The notes: generated from the sequence alone by a model not told the origin. 63,366 nucleotides of DNA, filler included, from Octopus bimaculoides (GCF_001194135.2; 6 parts of 5 records of this genome joined end to end with filler, not necessarily neighbours in it), one strand, 5' to 3'; counted from the first letter of the whole stretch, positions 1 through 13,000 are shown. Numbers and translations: made by a program.

Positions 1-96
1 ATATATATGTATATATATATATATATATATGCATATATGTATGTATATATGTATACATGTGTGTGTGTATATGTATGTATATATGTATACATGTGT

Positions 97-136
<40 letters not shown>

Positions 137-398
137 GGACAATTGATGAAGGGATTGTTCTTTATGTTGCCTGTCTCGTTTCTCTATTTGTTTCTTTCGA
201 TGTTCTAAAAAAAGCTCATTTTCCATGTTTTTGTTTTTTTATGTTCTCATTTTTCATTTTTTCACATTTTTTGACGTCCTGTACCCATATATTCATGTAT
301 ATATATACATATATATGTAGGTATGTACATATATGTATGAATATGCCTATATATATATTGTTTATACTATTATATATGCATATATATATGTTTGTATA

Positions 399-436
<38 letters not shown>

Positions 437-460
437 TGTGTGTGTGTGTGTTTGTATATT
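1..460. repeat. Mixed (TA)n/(TG)n/(TATG)n microsatellite region
   Basis: Directly visible dinucleotide tracts; a similar block lies at about 930-1180. Confidence 0.95.
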
Positions 461-479
461 TGAAAAAAGAAAAAGAATG

Positions 480-1024
480 ACTTCGTTGGTAGTTTTAATC
501 AGTTTAATTTATTATTTTTAATTTTTTAGTAATATAAATTTTACACTTTATTTCGTAGATCTAGTAAGTTCTTCGTTAACTGGCGTGGGGAGATTTTTTT
601 TAATAATTTCTTGTAAAATTTTCTGGAGAACTTCCTTGCATTCGTTGTCAAACAGATCTGAGGGTTTGGGGCTTTGTTGTTCTATATATGGGATTTGGGT
701 ATGTTTGGGGTGCAGTTGGTGGTTTGTTAATCAGTGTGGGAGTGAAAGAGTGTTGTTGAATAAGAGCTGAAAGAAAATAGTGAATGATCAAAACAAGGTA
801 CTTGATTGGGGGTGGAATTGGGAGGTGGTAGGGTGTTAAAGGAATGTTTTACGAAGCTATTTGAATAATTGACCTTTGGTGATAAATATAATAGTCAGAT
901 GTTTTTCCAAATTCTTTCTCTTTGTAATTTTCTGTTTTAGGTGTATATCTATATATATGTGTATGGATGTGTGTGTATGTATGAATATATCCGTGCAAGT
1001 GTGTATATATATGTGTATGTGTGC

Positions 1025-1087
<63 letters not shown>

Positions 1088-1125
1088 GATAAATATATGT
1101 GTATTTATATATATGTGCGTATGTG

Positions 1126-1178
<53 letters not shown>

Positions 1179-2741
1179 TTACGTGTATAAAATCAAAATA
1201 AGCAACACAATATCAAGTAGTGATGTAGTGCAACCATTTGAAGTGACTCCATTTAATTGAACAATGCAATCATTACATCAATTTAAATGCAGTGCCATCT
1301 TCAGCTGCACAAATAAATAAATAGAATTTTAACAAGTAGGACACATTAGTATAATATTTCTCAAATATTCTAACAGCAAAAAGATGGAAAAAATTCATGT
1401 TGTCGCTATTGTAGCTAAGAATAGACCACACTTCCAAGAATCACATGAATCGTAGTGGGGTCATAGTGTTATAAGGGATTGTAATTCGTTTGTGATCCAT
1501 TTATCTCTTTATCAACTACTAAATCTAAGACTAGAAGACTGTGTCTATTTTGAATAAAGGACAAGGGTGAATTGACAGCTCATGGCTAGGTATGGTCATA
1601 AATATTATCATAAGTATCCCTTTTCCTTAGGGAGGAAGTAAGACATTAGGAGTAGTCAGATGGATATAAGTAACTGTCTATAAAAAGAGGCAGGGTAGGG
1701 GTAGACTTTAAATGATGATGTTAATTACCAGTTAGAGGGGCAAGATGCCAAGAAACCTAAGATGATAATACTGAGGAAATTTTATTTGGGGGCACTATGG
1801 GTGATTGTTTATAAACAATATTGTTGTGTTGTATAAAAGTAAAATTCAAGAATTTTAAAAAATGATATCATAACCAAGATAGGTAAAAGGTGTGTATAAA
1901 CATTAAAAAGGAAAGATTACAGAGAATCAGTTTAATATTCATTCATGTACCTAATTAATTACATATTTGGTAGTTTATAGAAAGACTGCTCAAGGCATTT
2001 ACTTCTAGAATAACTGGAAAGATATACATGCTATCTATTAATTTTAAGCCATGAATCAGAAAAAAATTTAAGATGCATACAGATACATTTATATATGTGC
2101 ATATATACACATACACAAATATTTATATGTTTATATGGATATAGTATAACCATCTTGCGTAGACTTAAGAACAAGAACAAGAAAAATAACTATTTATAAG
2201 GGATAAGAGGTTAATAAATAAGGATATAAAAATAAGAAAACAAAATAAGAATTTATAGAAAATAATAAGAAATATATATAACCTATATATAAAGAGACAG
2301 GGGATTAAAATTAGAGGTAGGGAAGAGATAAAGGTAACCCTAAAAGTAGGGGTAATAGGTATGAAAGTAGCGAGGGCAGTTAAAGGTATTCAGACTGAAG
2401 AGATTTTATAAGTTGTAATGTTACAGGTGCTATTGTGTGTATGATTTTATAGTTTCTAGGGCGTATATGATTTAGTCGAAAGGAGACTTACTTACATAAA
2501 GTCACCACAAGTATACATAATATGATCAGTAGGATGAAGTCAGACTAACTAGGTAGGGGTTTTCATGGGATAGTATTATAAATAGCATACCACATACACA
2601 AAGCCTATAACATATGCAATGCAATTTAATTCACCATATAACATGATTTTATTATATTTAATACTAGAGGGTAAGTTTACAATGGATATGACACCAAAAT
2701 TAATTTCCACCATCAAAGTTCAAGTATGGCACCTATAATCG
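480..2741 (-). mobile_element. Probable 3' UTR / pseudo-LTR region of the Penelope-like element at 2742-3040
   Basis: Continuous with the GIY-YIG stop at 2742-2744 on the minus strand. Contains purine/pyrimidine-skewed stretches and a decayed hammerhead-like motif (1228-1310). The left boundary is uncertain. Confidence 0.35.
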
Positions 2742-3040
2742 TTAATTTCGAAAATACTTAAATGTACGAGTGATGCTATGCATGCATGATACCCTTAAGT
2801 CTAATCTATTATTAATCAGGTTGTTCTTGTCCCAATACTTAAACTCTCATAAGTTTCCTTAGAGCACATCTCACACCCATATCAACTATCTCTATAAGGC
2901 TGCACTCTCCATACTATATCCCACTTAAGGCTAAATCTGATCCCACTTTCCTTCAGTTCCCAAATGTTGCTAGATAAGGACATATTATTGGCTTTAAGTT
3001 TGAGTCTAAAAGATGAAAAATGGTTATTGATACGTAAGAT
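2742..3040 (-). mobile_element. Penelope-like element, GIY-YIG endonuclease C-terminal half (decayed)
   Basis: Minus strand reads ILRINNHFSSFRLKLKANNMSLSSNIWELKESGIRFSLKWDIVWRVQPYRDS*YGCEMCSKETYE, then after a frameshift FKYWDKNNLINNRLDLRVSCMHSITRTFKYFRN*. This fits the PLE pattern NH..SF / LS..IW.LK / KW.I / C..C..E / LIN.R.E....C.H. Confidence 0.85.
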
Positions 3041-4124
3041 TTGGACTAGCCATTTCTATAGAAAATGAACACACCTCCATAAACTACTTAGACGCCAATT
3101 GCAACCTAGCCACAGGACTCCATGAACCATACATAAAGCCAAACACTAACCTAAAATACATAAACGCATCCAGTAACCACCCACTATTCCTTAAGAGAGG
3201 CTTAGCACATAGTATAAGCAATAGGATATCACGCCTCTCCTCTAACCAAGATATTTTTAATAAGCATAAGGAAACCTACAACATCGCACTACATAGAGCA
3301 GGATTTAACCATAAAATTAAGTTCATAGAACACAATAACCATAAAAAAGACCCAACTATAGAGAATCNNNNNNNNNNNNNNNNNNNNNNNNNNNNNNNNN
3401 NNNNNNNNNNNNNNNNNNNNNNNNNNNNNNNNNNNNNNNNNNNNNNNNNNNNNNNNNNNNNNNNNNNNNNNNNNNNNNNNNNNNNNNNNNNNNNNNNNNN
3501 NNNNNNNNNNNNNNNNNNNNNNNNNNNNNNNNNNNNNNNNNNNNNNNNNNNNNNNNNNNNNNNNNNNNNNNNNNNNNNNNNNNNNNNNNNNNNNNNNNNN
3601 NNNNNNNNNNNNNNNNNNNNNNNNNNNNNNNNNNNNNNNNNNNNNNNNNNNNNNNNNNNNNNNNNNNNNNNNNNNNNNCCATATATCGGCCCCACAAATA
3701 CCTAACAATACTAACACAAAAAAACCCCGAAAAGACACATATCAAAAATAAACCTAACTATAGAAATAAATTAGATAGCCGTAAAGAAAAATTCACCAGC
3801 CTTCCCAGTTATGATGGCAGGTTCTATACCAGATATGGCCATAATAGCAAGAAGAACAATAAGGATACGATCTGGCTAATCATTCCCTACAACATGAATC
3901 TCAAATCTAACATAGTCCGCTCACTAATGAACATAATAGATAAACACCTCAATGTAAACAATAAATACACAGAAATATTTAAGAACAAAATAAGAATAGG
4001 CCACAGCCTGACATGCAACTTAGCTACCATAATAGCATCTATTAATAATAATAAATTAGACGCATCCTATACAGCTAGAAACACCACGAACAACGAAACC
4101 AACAACCCTCCAACTAATAAATAA
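3040..4124 (+). mobile_element. Penelope-like element, RT C-terminus/thumb and RT-endonuclease linker (fragment, interrupted by an N gap)
   Basis: 3040-3366 is stop-free: FGLAISIENEHTSINYLDANCNLATGLHEPYIKPNTNLKYINASSNHPLFLKRGLAHSISNRISRLSSNQDIFNKHKETYNIALHRAGF. About 3870-4124 reads IWLIIPYNMNLKSNIVRSLMNIIDKHL. Both match PLE RT motifs (NFLD, PY.KP, YI...SNHP, RIS.LSS) and the linker (IWFNPPY..IDKHF). Confidence 0.88.
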
Positions 4125-4832
4125 AGTTATCTTTTATGATATATCTGGTTTTTTTTTATAAACATAAATCTGTCCTCAAATATCTTACACACCCTGTATA
4201 TAATAGTAAGAAGAGCTAGCAAGAAAAGGTATGAGAATATATCAACTATATAGTAAGAAGATAATCTGATCATATGAATAGTAAAGCCATGGCTAATATA
4301 AAATTTTTAAAAATGTAAAAATAGCCAATGCATCCACTGTAAGGCAGGAGGAGCCACCTACTCCTTGTTAGGGCAAAGTTAATTTGTTCATCAAAGTCAA
4401 TGCAAAATAAAAATAAAGTCTGCAATTCAGCTACTGTTCTTGTTAACTTGCCTGAAAATAAAAAAATGTGAATCCTGCAACTCTGAAAATCCAATCATAC
4501 TATCTTAAAGCAAAAACCTTGTCAATTTACCCTAAGAAATAATAATCTAAATTCCGCTACTCTTAATATTGAATTAAAGTTTAAAAGCAAACAAAAAAAC
4601 TTGAAACTTCAGAAGTTCTAGCAACTTAAGTTGTCGTAATGTTTTGCTTTCATTTGTTTAATAAAAATTCCTCCTCATATAATGAGTTTGCTTTCATTTT
4701 GTGATAGACAACTATCATGCAAAAAATGCCAGCTTCTCAATCTTGTTTTTTGATTAGGTGAAAATGATTAAGCTTTAAACCACAGTAACATTTTTCTGCA
4801 ATAAATATGTATGTATGCATGTATGTATATGT

Positions 4833-4870
<38 letters not shown>

Positions 4871-5083
4871 GTGTTTATTTATGATAGACAGCAGAAAAGA
4901 ATTCACTGGTCCTCAATTGTTGTCAACTTACCCGTCTCTCCTTAAAGCTATGTTTTTGTCACACTCACCTCTGTTTCCTTCATGGGTATTTTAAAAGTTA
5001 CTTATGTGTATGTGCATTGTGTGTGTGTGTGTGTGTGTGTGTGTTTATGAAAGTATGTATGCAGTATTGTGTGTATATGCCTG

Positions 5084-6410
5084 AAGTCAATTTCAGGCAT
5101 TATTTTCCTGTTTTTGACCTCACTTATTTGAAATCTCAACTTCTTTTTCTATTGAACCAAATTTCATATTTTGTAGCTCAAAATGTAGTTTAGGTGATAA
5201 CCAATCTAAAAAATGTATAAACATCATCAAATTTGGTTAAAAAAACTGAATTAGTGACAAAGCTTAGAAGTGGTCGTGAGTGAGTAAATGTTGACCTTAA
5301 GAATATTATTCACACACTGCCATGTGTGAAAGATCTATATTACAATATAGTGTATTCTATGAATATGAGGTAGATCTTTGAAAGATACCTGAATACTGAA
5401 ATGAATCGAACATTTTGCAGTATTGGTTTCCAATTTTAGCAGAAGGTCATCAAATCCAGAGGGGAAAGAAGTTGATTACAATGACCTCAGTGCTAAGCTG
5501 ATACTCATGTTATTGAGTACTGAAAAGATAAAAGGCAAAGACGACCTTGATGGAATTTGAAATCAGAATGTAGGAACAGACAAAATGCCGCAAATGCCCG
5601 TTAACAACTCTGCTAGCTCTTCGTCTTAGTACTGTAATATGTAATAATATTACTTGAAAATTGTTTTACGCATTTTTGGCACATTTAGCTTATACAGTAA
5701 CTTTTTCTGTCATTTTGAATATTTTTTGAAAAGATTAGCACCACAGCATCTTGAGTTCTATCATATGAACTAAACAAAAACAAAATTTTTACACGGAAAC
5801 AAAATGTTTATGTTTTGAATTTGCTTTTAGGCATCACCACTGTCTTTGGCACATTTAGCCCCAGTAAGTCTTTATTTAAAATTTTTTTTTTGATATAATT
5901 AGTGTCATGGGATTAGAAAAGTTAAATTTAGATGTAGATTTCTTTTGAAAGAAGAATAATATTTGGAGTCAAAGTTGATTTCAGGTGTTAATCTCTTTTA
6001 TTTTCACTGGTTTTTACCTCAGTACTTTTTCTACTAAATACTTTTGCATATAACTAACATGGATAGATTCCTGTTGTCGAGATCTATCATATAAGCTAAA
6101 ATAAAATATAGATTTTTTTTTTTAGTTTGGACTCAAAGTCAATTTCAGGCATTATTCTTCTGTTTGTGACCTCACATATTTGACTTAACTTTTTTCTATT
6201 GAACCAATTTTCAAAGTTTTTTTAGCTCTAAATGTAGCTTAGGATATGACCAATCTAAAAATGTAAACATCATCTAATTTGGTTAAAAACTGAGTTAGTG
6301 ACAAAGCCTAGAAGTGGTTGCAAGTGAGTTGACCTTAAGAATATTATTCACACATGGTAGTGTGTGAATGACTGACCTTATGAATGTTATTCACACACAG
6401 TAGTTTGTGA
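5084..6410. repeat. Diverged ~250-bp direct repeat (5084-5329 and 6136-6369) ending in small TTCACAC...GTGTGAA hairpins
   Basis: Both copies begin AAGTCAATTTCAGGCATTATT and share GACCTTAAGAATATTATTCACACA. The second copy is followed by an extra hairpin unit. Confidence 0.8.
5420..5630 (-). mobile_element. tRNA-derived SINE, family B (decayed)
   Basis: Reverse complement resembles the GGCGAGCTGGCAGAA...GAGTTCAAATTCC head and body seen at 33489, 33780, 35358 and 47665. Confidence 0.7.
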
Positions 6411-6437
6411 ACGATATTTCAAAAATTTACACAACAA

Positions 6438-6597
6438 ATGGAAATATTACAAAAATATAACAAGCAGAAAATTTGTAGCTTATTCCTCATCAGTCAACAT
6501 CTAAAAGATCATTACAATTTTGCACTTTTAATGTTGATATTGTTCCATTTTGGTGGCGCCAGTGGCAAAAAGCCACTGAGACTAGCTATACATATAG
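6438..6597 (+). CDS. Weak candidate first exon with a signal-peptide-like hydrophobic stretch
   Basis: MEILQ...HYNFALLMLILFHFGGASGKKPLRLAIHI followed by a G|GTACAG phase-1 donor that is in frame with 9598. The donor is contributed by a SINE head, so support is weak. Confidence 0.2.
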
Positions 6598-6985
6598 GTA
6601 CAGGAGTTGCTGTGTGGTAAGTACCTTGCTTACAAACAACATGGTTCTTGGTTCAGTCCCAGTGCGTAGTACCTTAGGCAAGTGTCTTCTACTATAGCAC
6701 TAGGCCGACCAAAGCCTTGTGAGTGGATTTGGTAGACAGAAACTGAAGGAAGTACATCGTATATATGTGTGTGTGTGTTTTGTGTCTGTTTGTCCCCCCC
6801 CCCAGCATTGTTTGACAACTGATGCTGATGTGTCTATGTCCCTGTAACTTAGCAGTTTGGCAAAAGAGATTGATAGAATAAGTACTAGGCTTACAAAGAA
6901 TAAGTTCTGGGGTCAATTGCTTGACTAACGGTGGTGTTCCAGCATGGCCACATTCAAATAGCTAAAACAAATAAAAGAATATAAT
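6597..6985 (+). mobile_element. tRNA-derived SINE, family A (near full length)
   Basis: Head GGTACAGGAGTTGCTGTGTGGTAAG...GGTTCAGTCCC, internal TA/TG tract, and 3' half CGATAGAATAAGTACTAGGCTTACAAAGAATAAG shared with many other copies in the window. Confidence 0.9.
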
Positions 6986-7029
6986 TATACAGACATACAT
7001 ACATATATATATATAAGTATATGTATATA

Positions 7030-8272
7030 TTCAGTCATCCCATAAATAATGTGGTTTTTTCAATTGCATGGACTAAAAGTCAGAGAGGTATGAGATAAAC
7101 TTTCTATAAAAGCAGGTAGTAATTTTACCTTGTATTTATTCTTAGTGCAAGTTTTGAAGAATGCATTTCGATTTTAACAGTTATTTTTTCAAAACTGTAA
7201 TGGAAGTGACAAAGGAACATATTCGGCATATTTTGTTTTATGAGATCAATAGAGGCAACAATGCAATGGAAAGTGTGAGACAATAAGCATAAGTCAGTGT
7301 CAACAGTGGTTCCAGAAATCCCGAGCCAGGAACTACAGCCTAGAAGACAAGCCTTGTCCTAGAAAATCTGTAGTCCTCAACAAGTAGAACAAACCCTAGT
7401 AGAACAAAATCCCATTGTAACTATTGAGGAACTAGCAGAGAAGCTTGGATTTGGTCATTCAACCATTCATCGACATCTGCATGCCATCGGAAAAGTCAGC
7501 AAGTTGGGTCAATGGGTTGCACACAAACTTTCCGAATCTAATCGTGCACAGAGAGTGAATGTATGCTCTTCTTTGCTGCCACATCTCATGAATGAACCTT
7601 TTTTGGACCGAATAGTGACTGGTGATGAGAAATGAGTTCTCTATAAAAATGTCAAGTGCCGAAGACAATGGATAGAGAAATGAGAAACACCGGCACCCCA
7701 GACTAAAGAAGGTCTTCACCCACATAAGGTATTGTTATCTGTTTGATGGGATATGAAAGGTTTTGTCCAATTTAAACTTTTAAACCCAAACCAAACTATG
7801 ACAAAGGAGATCTACTGCAAGCAGTTTGAATGGCTTAAGTCAGCGCTAGAAGAAAAACGACCATCTTTGGTTTCAAGATGAAAGATGTTCTTCCATCAGG
7901 ATAATGCTTGGCTACATACAGTGAGGATGACATTCTAAAGGATGGAGCAGTTTGAATGGGGAACGATGTCCCACTCATCATATTCACCAGACATTGCCCT
8001 ATCTAATTATCATTTATTCCGCAGTCTTCAAAATCATTTGGATGAAAAATATATGAACTCTGTAGATGAGGTCATAACAGTACTGGAGGAGTATTTTTCA
8101 TCACAGACAAGTGAATTTTGGAAGAGCAGCCTTGCAAGTCTACCAGATAGATGGAAGAGCATTGTAGAAAATGAAGGAGAGTATATTTTAGATTAAAAAA
8201 GAACTTTGCTTATCTTAATTTTGAAAAATAAAAGCAGTATAGAAAAACCACATTATTTATGGGATGACCAAA
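7030..8272 (+). mobile_element. Full-length decayed mariner (Tc1/mariner, D,D34D type) transposon
   Basis: TIRs TTCAGTCATCCCATAAATAATGTGGTTTTT and AAAAACCACATTATTTATGGGATGACCAAA, flanked by TA at 7028-7029 and 8273-8274. Transposase 7200-8196 has stops and frameshifts, with motifs WVAHKL, TGDEK, HQDNA and YSPDIALSNY (third catalytic Asp reads Asn). Confidence 0.95.
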
Positions 8273-8337
8273 TATATCATTTGTGCAGATCATTCAACAA
8301 AAGCTGAATGTTCATATATTATCTTCGATGAGAGAGT

Positions 8338-8380
<43 letters not shown>

Positions 8381-8390
8381 NNNNNNNNNN

Positions 8391-8429
<39 letters not shown>

Positions 8430-8639
8430 ATATGTACATAAGTATATATGTGTGTGTGTGTATCTATATACATGTGTGTATGTGTGTGCACGCATGCATG
8501 TGTGTGTGTATGTGTGCATGTATGAATAAAACAAAACAGGAAAGTAGGAACTTTTTGTATTATTTATTTTCCATTGCATGTGTTTCATTTGCTAATAGGA
8601 ATTACAAAGAATTATGTGTTACATAGACATGTAAGTGAA

Positions 8640-8960
8640 TTTCCTATTAGAAATCTTCAGACAAAGAAAAGGTATATAACTGCCATGAAATAATAGGAAG
8701 GTTGTCAGAGAAAGTAGGGTTTGTATGTGGAAGATGCACAGGACTCATAAAAATTACAGATACTCAGGAAATTGATTTTCTCAAATGCTCCAGAGCCTCT
8801 TTAGAGGTAATGGATAATTTCTGCTACCTAGAGGACCTAATTAGCTGGTGGGTGAGGTGTAAATATGGAAAGTGCAATGGCTAGCAGAGAAAATTCAGAG
8901 AACTTTTACCTTTGTTAGCAAATAAAGGTCTCTCCATCTGCAAGAAGACTGCTAGAAAAA
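8640..8960 (+). mobile_element. RTE-clade LINE fragment (post-RT region), same family as 10038-13290
   Basis: GFVCGRCTGLIKITDTQEIDFLKCSRASLEVMDNFCYLEDLIS and KFRELLPLL are homologous to the 10747-10971 minus frame. Confidence 0.85.
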
Positions 8961-9597
8961 ATTTTTTTTGACCTGACAGTCTAATGGCACAATTTAGTCA
9001 ATGTTGTTGATGTGTTTTAGTTAAAGCTACAGTTTTAATTAAGTCTGTCCAGAGTTACTTTCTTTGATATTTCCCATTAATAATAGCTAAAGAGCTGGAA
9101 ATATGTCTGGAAATTCGACAGTGAGCAGTAGTCTATGCCACACTATGGTAGAGATATCTTTGACCATATGTCTGTTCTATGACAGTCTATCTGGAACTAA
9201 ACAAAAGTGTCAAAAACTGGAATCACAAGAATAGTAAATGAATATAAAAGTATTACTGAAATTTAAGCATTTCAATTTGTTAGTTCATCTGAGACATAGG
9301 AATAAGAAACAGCTAATCTTCAGTAACTTACAATGTCATGTTCTGAATAAAAAGCTACTCAAATCAATTTGTGTCCAATGCCCAAACCAGTTGATGCCTT
9401 ACTTTTAATATATTTATGTACTATAATTTTATTCTAATGTTTGATCAGATTTTGTTAACTGAATCTTGAATGTTTGTTTTGCCCTGAAGAATTATTTTTT
9501 CCAAAAACCAACTTAAGTCATTCTAACAGTGAAAAAAAAAATGTGTATTTTCAAGAGTTAATGACAGAATCTGATTGATAAATTTATTTATTTTCAG

Positions 9598-9729
9598 GAA
9601 AATCATGGCAACTATTACTGAATAGTAAAATGAGCACATCCCAGACCACATTTCAATTGAAGTATAAAATAAAACCAAGATATAAAATTTGGCATGTTTT
9701 TGGAAAGATGATTATTATTTATAATTCTG
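9598..9729 (+). CDS. Candidate internal coding exon (phase 1/1, 132 nt)
   Basis: Acceptor tttatttattttcag|GA and donor TG|gtgagt. Open frame KSWQLLLNSKMSTSQTTFQLKYKIKPRYKIWHVFGKMIIIYNS. No recognisable domain. Confidence 0.4.
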
Positions 9730-10037
9730 GTGAGTTGATCTGTTACTTCACAAAGGTGCAAGTTATCTCTTGGCATCACATTGGTTTTTTTATTCTTTAA
9801 CTGGTTTCAAACTTTGAACTCTGATTATGCTTGAGCATCATGTTCAAGGACTTTTAATCAATGATATCTACCTCAGTACTTAGACTGGTATTCATTTTAT
9901 TGGCCTTTGTTGAATGACTAAGTTTGATTTTATCATAAAGGGACGTAACAGAACAAGGTATCCTTGTCTGATGCACCAATTTACACTAGTATAAAGATGC
10001 ACACACATATATACATACAATAGCTCCCACTCAGTTT

Positions 10038-13000
10038 ATCATCATCATCTTCATCATTTAACATCCACTTTCCATGCTGGCATGGGTTGGACAGTTTGAC
10101 CAGAGCTGGCAAGCTGGAGAGCTGCACAAGGTTCGCACCAGATTTGACTTGATTTCTATGACTGGATGCTCTTCCTAACACCAACCACATTACAGTGTCT
10201 GCTGGGTGTTTTTAGCATGGCATTGCACAAGTACATGTATGTGGTACTGGCACAAGCACTTTTTACATGGCACTGGCACACAACTCTTGCAAGCCAATCC
10301 TTTTCTCCTGGGAGAGTGGTCTTAACACTTCTGCTGTAAAGATGGATCTTCTTGAGTATAGCAAGCCACCAGGTATCTCAGTTCTTTGTTATCTCATGTG
10401 AGAGGTTCAGCATCTAGAGATTGTCCTTCAGTACTTTGTCTCATGTCTTCTTGGTTCTCCCCGTTCCAAATGTTTCATCCACTTTGAAAGATCAGCACTT
10501 CTTTATGGAGTTGTCAGCATCCATCTGCATCACATGACCAAACCAGCACAGTCTTCTCTCTTGCACACGGCATCTAATTCCTCTTATGCCTTCTTTCTCA
10601 ATAAACAAGCAATCAGATGAACATGTACACTTACATTACATATCCAAAGGAGCATACTAGCTTCATTCCTCTCCAACCTTCGCATGTCCTCTGCATTCAA
10701 GGTCTATGTCACACTATTATGTAGAATTGCTGTTCATATACATATATCATACAATCTTCCTTTCACTTGGAGAGAGCTCTATGAAGCTTCTCCACCCCAG
10801 TCTTATTCTAGCTATTACATTTTCTGTACATCCTCCCCCACTACTTATTTGGCCTCCTAGGAAGCAGAAATTATCCACTTCCTCTAATGAATCTCCAGGA
10901 CATTTGAGAAAATTAGTTTCCCAAGTATCTGTAGTTTTTATGATTCCTGTGTGTCTTCTACATATGATCACTACTTTCTCTGATGACCTTCCTATTATTC
11001 CACTGCATCTCTTATGTGTCCATAGTTTACACTGGGTACTCCATATGGAATTCCTGCCTACACCTTTCTTACAAATAGAGAAGGGCCTTACTTGAAATGG
11101 GTAGGGTTCTGTCTGTTTTTTTGCTTACTAAGATTCCAGGTATTACTTCCACACTTAAAATTTCTTTTCAAGCTCTAATATAGAATTTGCTACGAGGGTA
11201 AGACCATCAATATATAGGGGTAGTATAACAGGGGCTGCCAGTTTGAATTACTCTCTTATGGCCTGGAAGATAATGATGAACAGGAGGGGATTGAGCCTTG
11301 ATGAACGCCTACCTGTACACCAAATTCTTTACTGTACTTGTGGCTAACTCTCACCTTACTGACAGCATCTCTGTACATAGCCTGTACAGCTTTCACAAGC
11401 CACTTGTTTACCCTAGTCTCCTCAGAACCTACCATATCACACAACAAGGTATTCCATTGAAGGCTTTTACTAGATCAGTAAATGTCAAGTATAATGGTTT
11501 ATTCTTAGCGAAGTACTTCTGTTGCTTGATAATGAAAATAGCACCAGCAGTGCTTCTTCCTGGGGCAAAGCTAAACTGCATTTTATCCAGCCTAATTCTG
11601 ATCCTAATTAATTTTTATCACCTGGTCCAGGAGTTTGATGCCTCCATAATTGCTTCTCTCTAAAGCATCTCCCTTACCCTAACAATAATGCTGCTTTGCC
11701 ACTCACTGGGTATTATACCTTCTTGAATGACTGATTAACTATGCATGTGACTAGCCTGTATCCTACCTTATCAACTATTTTGAGCATCTCAGCAGTGATT
11801 CCAGATGGACCTGAGGCTTTCTCTGTTTTCATATCTTTAATTGCCTTATCTGCCATACTGTTGTCTACTAGGATAGCCAGTCCCTTTGTTCGGTTCACAT
11901 GAGGGAGACTCTCTTTATCCTATTCATTCTCCACATTCAATAGCCTTGCATAGTAATTCTTCCATGCCTCTTTCTTGTCCACATCACTTAAGTGCAAGCA
12001 TATCATGATCCATCTGCACACACTCCTCTCTCACAATATCTCGATTCTCTCTGACACATTTCCCAAGCAATCCGGAACACCTCGAGTCTCTGATCTTCAT
12101 GCTTTAGGACATTGACAAACTTCTTTTCTGCTTCAGCTCTAGTTAGATAAACCTGGTCGAGTTTCTCTTTTAGCTTTCTGATATGATTCTTTACTACCTG
12201 CCTCTTTTCCCTTCTTTCCAGACCCATCTCATCTCTTTTATGGCCCTATTAACATCACTGTTCCACCACCATATCACTCTTGGTCTGTCACCTTCAGTAG
12301 ATTGTTCTGTAGGAATCTCCAGTTGTCCTCTACATTATATGTCTCTATTTCTTCCTCCTTCTCATTAAAGGTTTCATTAAGAACATCTCTAAATCCCTGC
12401 CTGTTTGAAGGATCTTTGAGCTTCCATAACCTCTTTTGCCATATTGGCTTACATCTTTGGATCCTTCTGGCCCTAAACCTAAAGTCACTAACTACTAGCT
12501 TATGTTGAGTCGTACATTCTTCACCTGGAGAAGATTTTGCATTTCTGGTGAGGCTGTAATTAATCTGGATGGTGTGCCAACCAAATTGGTTAGTGATCAG
12601 ATGGTTGGCTGGATTCTTGAAGTTGATGTTGCAGACCAGTAAACCATGAGATGAGCAACACAAAACTCCCGCATCCTTGTCCCTTTATCATTTCTAGAGC
12701 CAAAGCTATAGCCTCCATGTACATCCTGAAATCCATCAGGATGTTTTCCAACATGTCCATTCAAGTCCCCTGCCATGATGAGAATGGTGTCGTTTTTTGT
12801 AACTGAAGTAGTCCTCAGAAGGGATTCATAAAAGTGGTCCTTCTGAGTATCTGCAAGTCTGGCATGTGGAGCATATGCAGAGATAACTGACATTGTTACA
12901 TCAAAAAAGGCTATACTTAGCTTAATAATCTTATTACAACCCCTGGCTACCTCAGTCACTTCATCCACCTATTTCTTTGCTAGTAGAATACCCATACCAC

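Noticed and set aside
4270-4494. Minus-strand ORF with an internal acceptor (GKLTRTVAELQ...)
   Set aside because: No recognisable product and no supporting upstream exon.
9332-9342. 11-nt minus-strand micro-exon (ttattcag|AACATGACATT|gtaagt)
   Set aside because: Isolated, with no partner exons on that strand, and it would lie antisense to the better plus-strand candidates.
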